Under the pieces are notes generated by a model. That model saw only the letters and a list, made by a program, of their open reading frames with translations. It was not told where the DNA came from and searched no databases. Position numbers and translations under genes: made by a program. A stretch of DNA of 32,000 nucleotides from Hyperthermus butylicus DSM 5456 (GTDB lineage Archaea > Thermoproteota > Thermoprotei_A > Sulfolobales > Pyrodictiaceae), in NCBI RefSeq assembly GCF_000015145.1, contig NC_008818.1, positions 120,001-152,000 on the forward strand, read 5' to 3'. How positions within the stretch are numbered: the first letter of the stretch is position 1; every line of letters starts with the position of its first letter. Below, piece by piece: positions 6,830 through 14,231 of this stretch.

Positions 6830-8713
6830 ATGGCATGGGGCCGTGTAGGCGTAACTGGTCTGGTTGCCCTAAGCTTCATCGTACTCCTAGTAGTTAGTAG
6901 TGTATCGCCGCTGCTGGCTAGCGTTGCAGCAGCTGAGGAGACAAATACAACACAAACTACTGATAACACTACCATAGCTAATGCTAACCTTACTGTGATT
7001 AATACTAGTGTGGCTGGTAACGCTACCGTGGAGGCTGAGGCTGGAGCTGAAACGACGGCAAGTAGTGAGTCTATTGCTGTGAACGTGAGGGTAGGTGTGT
7101 CCGTTTCGGCGCCGGGTACAGAGTTCGGCATGATGCTTACACGTCTAGATAATGTGACGCTGGGCAAGGCGCGTGCACTAGTAATGGTCTACAGTGGCAT
7201 GATGCGCAGCGCCCTGGCGCGCCTGGGCCTGCTAAATGCAACTCCGGAGCAGATAGCAGAGGCCCTGGACGTTCCTCCTGAATACGCGGCGGCGATATAC
7301 AATACTGCGAGGGTGGTTAGCCAGCAGCTAGACAGCATGACTGATGAGCAGGTAATGCAGCTCTTACACGAAGTGATGGCGGCCCATAAGATCCTTGTAG
7401 ATCGTGTGAAGGAGATGGCTGAGAGGGCTGCTGAGAGAATTAAGGAGAAGATACAGCAGCGCGTAATGGAGCACATTGCTAGGACTGTGGAGAAGATTGC
7501 ACGTCAGCTCAACGATACTGAACTGGCTCGGCTGGCACAACAGCTCAGGAACATGAGCAGACTTGGCAACTACACGGCGGCAAACATAACGAGGCTGATG
7601 AAGGATGTTGTGGCTAGGATTGAGGCTCACAATACGTTTATGCTGGCAATGAGAATGGATGATGCGGTGATGAAGCAGCTGGTACGCCTAGCAAACACGG
7701 CTAATGTAACGGATCCAGTGCGGTACATGGTGAAGCTCCAGAAGAGCCTAGCTAAGGCGATCAAGCTCCTGGAGCATGTGCGTGTAAGGCTGCAGGAGAC
7801 GGGTGCAGGCCCTGAAGCGAGAGAGGTGGTGCAGACCGCGTTGGGGAACATGGCTGGTGTCAACGAGACGGTACAGCAGGTAATGGCCATGGCTAAGATA
7901 TATGCTCGGGTCGGTGTGAACAAGACGAGCGTAGCGCTGGAGGCTGTCAAGGCAGCGTTTACGGCTAGGATAGACAGGCTGGCGTCTAGGGCAAACATGC
8001 TGGCAGAAGAGATAGCTATGCTAATGAACCTGGTGGATAACCCCAAGGCGCTGGACCTGCTGCATGACGCGCGGGAAGAGCTAGCAGAAGCCAATAGTAC
8101 TCTTGCAAAGGCTCGCGTGGCACTGGAGCAGGGCAACCTGGTTGGGGCTGTAAAGCTGCTAACTGATGTTGAGAGGAGCCTGGCAAAAGCCGAGATGTAC
8201 ATTGGTAGGGTGCACGGTCACCTCGTAAAGGCAGTGATTGAGCAGAGCCAGCACGGAAGGGAGGTGCTGGGCGAGGAGCAGCACCGGAGAATAATTAGTA
8301 ACGAGACGCTGGCAAAGCTAAAAATAAGGATAGAGGCCAAGATTAGGGAGGCTAAGCGCCTAATAAACCAGAGCATACAGGTCATATACCAGGTAAACGA
8401 TAACGAGGCTCGGAAGGAGACCCTAGACAAGCTTCACGATGCACAGGAGGAGCTACATGAGGCTCTTGCAAGCCTTGAACAAGCCGAAGAAAAGCTAGCA
8501 AAGGGCGACATTGCCGAAGCCCTTGAGCTGTACCGCGAGGCACTCGAGAAAGCCGTGAAAGCAATCCACAAGGTGAAACTATCAACTCAAATAGCTAAGA
8601 TGTACATGAACCTTGTAAAGACGATGGCAAAGATGCACCACGAGGAGAAGCATGAGAAGAAGGCCGAAGAAGCTAAGGAGAAGGCTGAGGAGAAGAGAAG
8701 AGAAGCACCGTGA
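6830..8713 (+). CDS. Secreted, heavily sequon-decorated all-alpha/coiled-coil protein, unknown function
   Basis: The track ORF starts at TTG 6779. ATG 6830 gives MAWGRVGVTGLVALSFIVLLVVSSVSPLLASVAAA|EE, a Sec-type signal. The rest is rich in A/E/K/L/R/Q and helix-forming, with 17 N-x-S/T sequons and repeated helical-hairpin modules. The tail is charged and His/Lys/Glu-rich: HHEEKHEKKAEEAKEKAEEKRREAP. Confidence 0.7.
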   Translation: MAWGRVGVTGLVALSFIVLLVVSSVSPLLASVAAAEETNTTQTTDNTTIANANLTVINTSVAGNATVEAEAGAETTASSESIAVNVRVGVSVSAPGTEFGMMLTRLDNVTLGKARALVMVYSGMMRSALARLGLLNATPEQIAEALDVPPEYAAAIYNTARVVSQQLDSMTDEQVMQLLHEVMAAHKILVDRVKEMAERAAERIKEKIQQRVMEHIARTVEKIARQLNDTELARLAQQLRNMSRLGNYTAANITRLMKDVVARIEAHNTFMLAMRMDDAVMKQLVRLANTANVTDPVRYMVKLQKSLAKAIKLLEHVRVRLQETGAGPEAREVVQTALGNMAGVNETVQQVMAMAKIYARVGVNKTSVALEAVKAAFTARIDRLASRANMLAEEIAMLMNLVDNPKALDLLHDAREELAEANSTLAKARVALEQGNLVGAVKLLTDVERSLAKAEMYIGRVHGHLVKAVIEQSQHGREVLGEEQHRRIISNETLAKLKIRIEAKIREAKRLINQSIQVIYQVNDNEARKETLDKLHDAQEELHEALASLEQAEEKLAKGDIAEALELYREALEKAVKAIHKVKLSTQIAKMYMNLVKTMAKMHHEEKHEKKAEEAKEKAEEKRREAP

Positions 8714-8720
8714 GGAGCAC

Positions 8721-8980
8721 ATGAAGCAGCTAGCAGCTGGCAATGAAATCCTACTAGCAGAGATAAAACGAGGCTGTCACCCTAGTAGACAATGCCACAA
8801 GCCTATTACAACAAGCAAAAAGAAGCTCTAGAAAACGCAGACATGGCAACAGCACACGACCTCGTAGCACAGGCGCGCGAGCTGCTAGACCAGGCTAAAC
8901 AGATACTCGACAACGTGGAGGAGCAGCTACAGCTACCAGGCGCTAGTCACCCAAGAGGAGAACACGGCACAAGACCATGA
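8721..8980 (+). pseudogene. Frame-broken helical-repeat segment: either a disrupted C-terminal continuation of the 6830..8713 gene or a decayed small paralog
   Basis: Three consecutive frames join into one sensible helical sequence. Frame 0 from 8721: MKQLAAGNEILLAEIK. Frame 1 from 8767: NEAVTLVDNATSLLQQAK. Frame 2 to 8980: EALENADMATAHDLVAQARELLDQAKQILDNVEEQLQLPG... The junctions fall at A-runs: ataaaacg at 8763-8770 and gcaaaaag at 8815-8822. Confidence 0.45.
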
Positions 8981-9425
8981 TAATAAGGGGTAAACCAGTA
9001 TATACTACGTCAACGCTACGTGATAACCGTTGTTTTCTGTGCTCCTTCCTCCACGTCTTCTATCGCAAACCCGCCTCAATGATACTTCCTCACCAACTTG
9101 CGAGAAGCTGAAAGGAAGATGAAAAGCAGAGCATGGAGTACTTGCAACTGGAACGACTCTAATGACTTTCTAGTAGGATATGCAGCATTCTAGAAGAACT
9201 CCTCTAGTAGCTGAACGGGTATACCAGCTCTACTAGGGCCTCATGGATTTTCTGCTGTCAGCGTCGACGCCTAGCTTCTCTCTAGGTGCTTGTGGAGTGG
9301 TAGTTCACGCTGTTACCATATGTGAATGTTGGAACATTGGCGGTATTCCATTTATCATGCAGTGATCGTGGTATATGTGTAGTAGGCTAAGCGCTCTTAT
9401 CTTGTTAAGTCTAACCTGACTGGAC

Positions 9426-9614
9426 TTGGGTGGAAATATGCCGAACATTTTTCTCGGTTTTGCCGGCGGGGTTTTATTGGCGGTAATTGTGCTAGCTCAG
9501 CTTCTTGGCATAAGCCTGGGCAGGCACAGGGTTAGAGGGGCTGCTCGGGGTGAGGTACTGTTTCTGCTGCTACTCTTTCTGCTAGGGGTGCTTGTGGCTG
9601 TAATGAAGCGGTAG
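9426..9614 (+). CDS. Possible small two-TM membrane peptide, or a fragment of a decayed membrane protein gene
   Basis: 62-codon ORF (TTG start, ATG at 9438) encoding two hydrophobic stretches, IFLGFAGGVLLAVIVLAQLLGI and VLFLLLLFLLGVLVAV. A further TM-like segment, AAISVAIFAVAVATTYL, lies just downstream in another frame. No other support. Confidence 0.2.
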   Translation: MGGNMPNIFLGFAGGVLLAVIVLAQLLGISLGRHRVRGAARGEVLFLLLLFLLGVLVAVMKR

Positions 9615-10138
9615 GGCTGCTTGAGGCAAGTGCACCCGAAGTCTTTAGGGCTGCTATATCCGTTGCTATCTTCGCTGTAGCAGTGGCAACTACATATTTG
9701 AGATACGTTAAGGCAAGACCTGTGTGAAAGATTAATGTATGTCCTATGACTGTCTTCATTTAAAGTCTGTAGATTCGCCACGATAGCATTGGTAATTGTA
9801 ATCACGTCGATACTTGCCGTCTACAAGCACCATGCACTAAAACTATGTAAAATGCTGCATCGCATATTTCCTGACTGCCGTTGAGGTGTAGCTGGAGCGT
9901 AACGCGACCAATCTTCAAAGCGCCTAGCAGCGCTTGCTTTCCATCAACAGCAAACATAGGATGTGAAGCCTTGCTTCACTGTTTAGCCTACTAAGGTCTA
10001 GCTAAGGCTATCAGGAAACGTATAACCTTCAAGAGTTTCGGTACTAACGTACAATTCTATCGTTTCATTTCATTCAACTGTACAATGGAACGATGAATAC
10101 TGCTAGAGGGAATTCGAGAGGAGAGATGTTAGAGGAGT

Positions 10139-10216
10139 TGGTGCCGCGGCCGGGATTTGAACCCGGGTCACGGGCTTGAAAGGCCCGCATACTTGGCCGG
10201 GCTATACTACCGCGGC
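10139..10216 (-). tRNA. tRNA-Glu (anticodon UUC)
   Basis: The reverse complement reads GCCGCGGTAGTATAGCCCGGCCAAGTATGCGGGCCTTTCAAGCCCGTGACCCGGGTTCAAATCCCGGCCGCGGCACCA. Acceptor stem GCCGCGG/CCGCGGC. Anticodon stem CGGGC/GCCCG with loop CTTTCAA. T-arm CCGGG-TTCAAAT-CCCGG. CCA is encoded. Confidence 0.93.
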
Positions 10217-10280
10217 ACGCCGCGCAGCTCTCCTCAGCCATGGTGTTAGTGTTAGCTAGCCGGGTGGGGTGGTAAATTCT

Positions 10281-10712
10281 TTACCCGGAGCTGGAGGCTG
10301 GGCCATGTTGACTCTTGATGTATTCTTCGAGGCGTTGCAGGAGTGCTCTTCCGGCTTTCACGGTGTTGTATACTAGTATCGCTGCTGAGGTGGCTGCTGC
10401 TAGTGCTGAGGTGTAGGTGTAGGGTGGCTGTGTAGTGAAGGCTGTTGTTGTATGGGCTAGGAGTAATAGGGTGTAGCCTGCCGAGGCTATCGTGTAGACC
10501 GTATATTCCAGCCTATGCCTCGTGAAGACTATTGCGATGGTGTTGACGCCTATTGAGAGTATGCCTAGCCATGCTGCTATTGTTAGTAGTATGGCGTAGA
10601 GTCCTGCTGCTCCGGGCTCGCCGTGGGCTGGGGCTACGTGGAGGAGTATCGTTAGCAGGGTTATGCCTGTTGCTTCGAGGAGTGCTACGGGGAGCCAGTC
10701 TCCCTTCCTCAT
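10281..10712 (-). CDS. Hypothetical integral membrane protein (about 4 TM helices)
   Basis: 143-aa ORF with an ATG start and four hydrophobic segments: LPVALLEATGITLLTILLHV, LYAILLTIAAWLGILSIGV, VYTIASAGYTLLLLAHT, ALAAATSAAILVY. I recognise no family motif. Confidence 0.6.
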   Translation of the reverse strand: MRKGDWLPVALLEATGITLLTILLHVAPAHGEPGAAGLYAILLTIAAWLGILSIGVNTIAIVFTRHRLEYTVYTIASAGYTLLLLAHTTTAFTTQPPYTYTSALAAATSAAILVYNTVKAGRALLQRLEEYIKSQHGPASSSG

Positions 10713-10804
10713 CCTCTAGTCCCTCCCGTGGAGGTTTCTGGTTAGCGGTTTCTCTAACCATGTTCTTTCTTTAATCCTCCCACTTCCCTATTGCTATTGG
10801 GTGT

Positions 10805-12685
10805 TTGAGAGTGAAGGCCTGGGAGGTTGCTAGAAAACCGCGTGTTATAGTTCAGCCGGATACACCGCTAACAGTTGCACGTAGTTTGATGAGGGATAAC
10901 GAGGAGCCTATAGCGGTTATTGTTGAGAGCGAGAAGACGATGAAGTTTGCAGGTTATGTCACGTGGAGGGAGGCTATACAGGTTACAAGTCACTACTCTC
11001 ACCTCCGCGTCAAGGACGCAGCACTCGACTATCCCGTCGCCTACAAGGACGATGACATAGAGGATATCGTGAAGAAGATGGAGGAGGAGAAGGTATACGC
11101 AGTACCGGTCCTCGACTCGCCCGACAACCCTGTAGTAGTTGGTGTTGCAACTATAGCAGATATCGTCAAGGCATTAATGGCAGCTGGGCTAGAGCCGGTA
11201 GCGGAGACAGTGGCGGAGGTTATGACGACGGAGAACCTCGAGGAATACATTACGACGCAGGATGAGAGGGTTAACAGGGTCTGGAGCGACCTGGTCTACC
11301 ACGGCAAGCTCGGCAAGGTGGTTGTGCGTAGCAAGGAGGAGCCGATACCTGTGGGCATTACCTCGCTCCGCGAGTTCATATCGACGGGCCGCTGGTACTT
11401 CCACCGCGAGAGCGAGCGTGGCCTCAAGACTGTGGCCAAGGTCAGGACGATAATGCTCCGTGGTGCACCGGTAGCAACGCCAGAAACGCCAATCGAGTAC
11501 GCTGCCAAGGTCATGGTGGAGAATGATATACCGATACTCCCCGTCATAGACGAGGAGACGGGCAAGCTTGTAGGCGTACTCACGATATACGATGTGGCAA
11601 GAGCCTACATTGAGGGCGCCAAGCCTGGCAGAGTAAAGCCGGCCAAGAAGGCTGCGTTGCCGATAGAGGTTAAGCCCGAGGAGCGCGTAACCTATGTCAC
11701 TGCTGAGACTGTATTGCAGCAGGTGCTTGTTGCTAAGCCGCAGGTTGAAACCCTGATAGGCTTGAGCGCAGCTGACATAGCCCGCGAGGAGCTGCCAGCA
11801 ATAACGATAAACGACACCGTGGAGCATGCACGCCGCATGATGATAAGGTACCGGACCAACTACCTCCTGGTAGTGGATGAGAGAGGCCAGATAGTAGGCG
11901 TTGTAACTAAGTGGGGCATGCTCCGTGCCATAGCCCTCAAGGGCCCGATCTGGAAGAGGAGGGTGCACGACCGCTACTTCATAGACTACGTGATGGACAC
12001 TGAGATACCGAGAGTAAAAGCTGACGATAGCATAGAGCAGGTAGCGCTGAAGATGGTTGAGGCTAAGGCCGAGCTTGTAATAGTAGAGGACGAGCAGGGC
12101 CGCCCCGTCGGTTTCATCACGAAGGACGACCTTGTGGACGCCTATGCGAGGCTACAGGCTGGCCGCGCCAAGGTAGAAAACATAATGACTCCAAGCAGGA
12201 TAGGCATTGTGCATCCACACCACAGTCTATACCACGCAGTGAAGAAGATGCAGACATTCTACCTTGACGCCCTAACAGTGTATGATGGCTCCAGGATCGT
12301 GGGCGTGATCTCGGCTAACAGGCTGCCATTCGTAGCCTACGAGGACGCTGTGACTGGCATTAAGAGCCGCCGCCTGGTATGGGTACGCAAGCTAGTCAAG
12401 GGCGCAGCCAAGAGGGGCCGCTACGTAAAGGTAACACCGCTACTAGTCATAGATGCTACCGTGCCACTACACGACGTATACGTTAAGACCAGCGACGACG
12501 TAGTCAGGGCTATAGAGCTGATGAAGGAGCACAATGTTGATGGTATACCAGTAGTAGACGAGGAGGGCAAGGTTGTAGGTATAGTAACAAAGACGGACAT
12601 CGTGAGAGAGCTAGCGAGGACAGCGAAGCTCCGCCTAGAGCGCGGCGTAACAGTGAAGATAGAGAAGAAGCCGGAAGCCAAGTAG
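10805..12685 (+). CDS. CBS-domain-only protein with eight tandem CBS domains (four Bateman modules)
   Basis: The CBS C-terminal signature (G-hydrophobic-hydrophobic-T/S-x-x-D-hydrophobic) recurs eight times at roughly 60-80 aa spacing: FAGYVTWREAI, VVGVATIADIV, PVGITSLREFI, LVGVLTIYDVA, IVGVVTKWGML, PVGFITKDDLV, IVGVISANRL, VVGIVTKTDIV. No other domain is visible. Start is TTG 10805 or GTG 10811. Confidence 0.85.
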   Translation: MRVKAWEVARKPRVIVQPDTPLTVARSLMRDNEEPIAVIVESEKTMKFAGYVTWREAIQVTSHYSHLRVKDAALDYPVAYKDDDIEDIVKKMEEEKVYAVPVLDSPDNPVVVGVATIADIVKALMAAGLEPVAETVAEVMTTENLEEYITTQDERVNRVWSDLVYHGKLGKVVVRSKEEPIPVGITSLREFISTGRWYFHRESERGLKTVAKVRTIMLRGAPVATPETPIEYAAKVMVENDIPILPVIDEETGKLVGVLTIYDVARAYIEGAKPGRVKPAKKAALPIEVKPEERVTYVTAETVLQQVLVAKPQVETLIGLSAADIAREELPAITINDTVEHARRMMIRYRTNYLLVVDERGQIVGVVTKWGMLRAIALKGPIWKRRVHDRYFIDYVMDTEIPRVKADDSIEQVALKMVEAKAELVIVEDEQGRPVGFITKDDLVDAYARLQAGRAKVENIMTPSRIGIVHPHHSLYHAVKKMQTFYLDALTVYDGSRIVGVISANRLPFVAYEDAVTGIKSRRLVWVRKLVKGAAKRGRYVKVTPLLVIDATVPLHDVYVKTSDDVVRAIELMKEHNVDGIPVVDEEGKVVGIVTKTDIVRELARTAKLRLERGVTVKIEKKPEAK

Positions 12686-12703
12686 AGATGAGGTTGTACA
12701 TTA

Positions 12704-12715
12704 TCTTCCTTTTTA
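12704..12715 (+). terminator. Oligo-T tract downstream of the CBS gene (archaeal-type terminator candidate)
   Basis: tcttcctttttag: a T5 run at 12710-12714, about 25 nt after the stop at 12685. Confidence 0.35.
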
Positions 12716-12856
12716 GCCGATAATACTGATAAGATCCGCATTGTGGCAAGTTGAGCCTTACGGTCGTGGCCCGTAGAAGCTCTCCACTCCTTCCTAAGGG
12801 CTTACAAGCTCGTATGCATAGCATAATCGTTGCTACCTCGTAAGAATTATTAATAG

Positions 12857-13560
12857 TTGCTCATCGTCTTGGTGTCTGCACGGGTCGGAGAGGAGCGCGG
12901 CTTGGAGGCTTGCCTTGCTAGCAGCCTCCTCTTCTACCTTGGACTGTCAATCCTTATTGACGGTATTCTTGTCGTAGTGGTGTCTATGAGGAGACTATGC
13001 AGAGCTAGCTTTAGGATAGCGGATGGCAAGCTCCTAGTCCACCTGGGGCGCTGTGGCAGGCTCGAGATCCCCCTAGGCTCCATATCGTCTGTGGAGATTG
13101 TAGAAAAGCTGGGCCCCGGGATCAGGCTTGGGGCACAGCTATACCCAAGCTATTCTACTCTGGGCTCTTCTGCTTCCGCGATATTGGCAAGGCGCTAGTG
13201 TATGCTGACAGGCCCGAAAACCTTCTCCTGATAGAGACCCGGGACGGGCAGAGAATACTGTTAGGGTATGATGCTGTGAAGCTGAAGGACCTGCTGGAAC
13301 GGATGGCAGGCAATGGCCCCTCGGGAGAGACGAGAATGATACTATATACTATACAACGGCCGGACCTTCGTATAGCGCTAGCACTATACGTTGCAGCCCT
13401 AGCCGTTGCCGTGGCTGCTGCAGTCCTGCTTCCCGCCAAGATTGTGTTCTTAGGAGAAGCCATGACTAAGGGAGAAGCGCTCGTGATAGCACTGGTTATC
13501 GCTGCAACAGGAATTACAGATATAGCAATATTCTACGCTCTTCTACGCTCTCAGCCATGA
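12857..13560 (+). pseudogene. Membrane-flanked bacterial-type PH domain protein, split into two ORFs (12857..13198 and 13198..13560) by a -1 frame break
   Basis: Frame 2 reads ...FRIADGKLLVHLGRCGRLEIPLGSISSVEIVEKLGPGIRLG. Frame 1 continues from 13132 with GTAIPKLFYSGLFCFRDIGKALVYADRPENLLLIETRDGQRILLGYDAVKLKDLLERM and then two TM helices. The junction is the G4 run at 13130-13133. A fifth G would give one 234-codon ORF. Confidence 0.6.
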
Positions 13561-13949
13561 CGACCCAACACTCCCTCTAGTAGCACTCCCAATCGGCTTA
13601 AGTAGGCTTCTCATGGTACTCTCCGTACTAGTCGCTGGCCTCACCTGTCCCGCGGCATAGCTGACCCAGCTCTAGCACATGGCGCTGTCTGTACACAACG
13701 ATGCCGCAATACATGAAGTCATGGCACTTCTTCTAACCTGAAACCAGGGCATGCTATATGCAATAGCTTCTTGGAGGGCGTAAATAGATCCAAATTATGT
13801 CGAAGTATGCAGCTCTTGGCCTTCCGGTACTTCGCATTCTACACTGGTTTACGGTAGAAGAGGTGGTTAGGCCTCTCTAGCTGGCATAGGTGCTGTGTGG
13901 AGGAAGCCAATACTATCTTACAGTTTTACTCCTCACCCTACTGGTGTGG

Positions 13950-14231
13950 ATGGATGTGCCTGGTAAGGTAAAGACGAACATCATGGTTGACCGGGAGTTG
14001 TGGGAGGCGTTTAAGAGGAAGATTGTATCCGAGAGGGGGCCTCGGTTTCTTAGCAGTGCGGTAGAAGAGGCGTTGGAGGAGGAGCTAGCAGAACTCTTTC
14101 TCCTCAAAGCCCTGGACAGCCTCGACGTTCCGGGTGATGTTGAGGCTCCTCCAAGTGTGGTGCGTGTAAGGCTACGAGTTGCTACAAGGGCGGAGGATGT
14201 GGTGAGGGAGCTGAGGGAGGGAAGGTATTGA
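13950..14231 (+). CDS. vapB: Ribbon-helix-helix type antitoxin (VapB-like)
   Basis: From ATG 13950: MDVPGKVKTNIMVDRELWEAFKRKIVSERGPRFLSSAVEEALEEEL..., the beta-strand then helix-helix pattern of CopG/RHH antitoxins. The stop overlaps the start of the downstream PIN gene (TTGA at 14228-14231). The upstream part of track ORF 13890.. is hydrophobic and probably not translated. Confidence 0.65.
   Translation: MDVPGKVKTNIMVDRELWEAFKRKIVSERGPRFLSSAVEEALEEELAELFLLKALDSLDVPGDVEAPPSVVRVRLRVATRAEDVVRELREGRY

Noticed and set aside
7189-8585. Minus-strand ORFs (95, 88, 191, 70 and 67 aa) inside the coiled-coil gene
   Set aside because: They are Ser/Ala/Thr/Cys-rich low-complexity mirror images of the GAG/GCN/AAG-rich sense codons. 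They have no motifs and are fully nested in a much longer, coherent plus-strand ORF.
9070-9120. Possible C/D box sRNA (AATGATAC ... CTGA)
   Set aside because: The C-box is imperfect, the 23-nt spacing to the only CTGA fits neither a half-mer nor a full sRNA, and there is no terminal stem.
3103-10167. The near-identical tRNA 3' portions read as attL/attR of an integrated element
   Set aside because: Both copies belong to complete tRNA genes with different anticodons. The shared sequence is the conserved T-arm/acceptor region, and no integrase or partitioned int gene is present. The idea is retained only as a low-weight hypothesis.
11189-11968. 259-aa minus-strand ORF antisense to the CBS-domain gene
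   Set aside because: The sense strand encodes clearly periodic CBS domains. The antisense product is Tyr/Leu/Arg/His-rich with no recognisable features, so it is most likely a shadow ORF.
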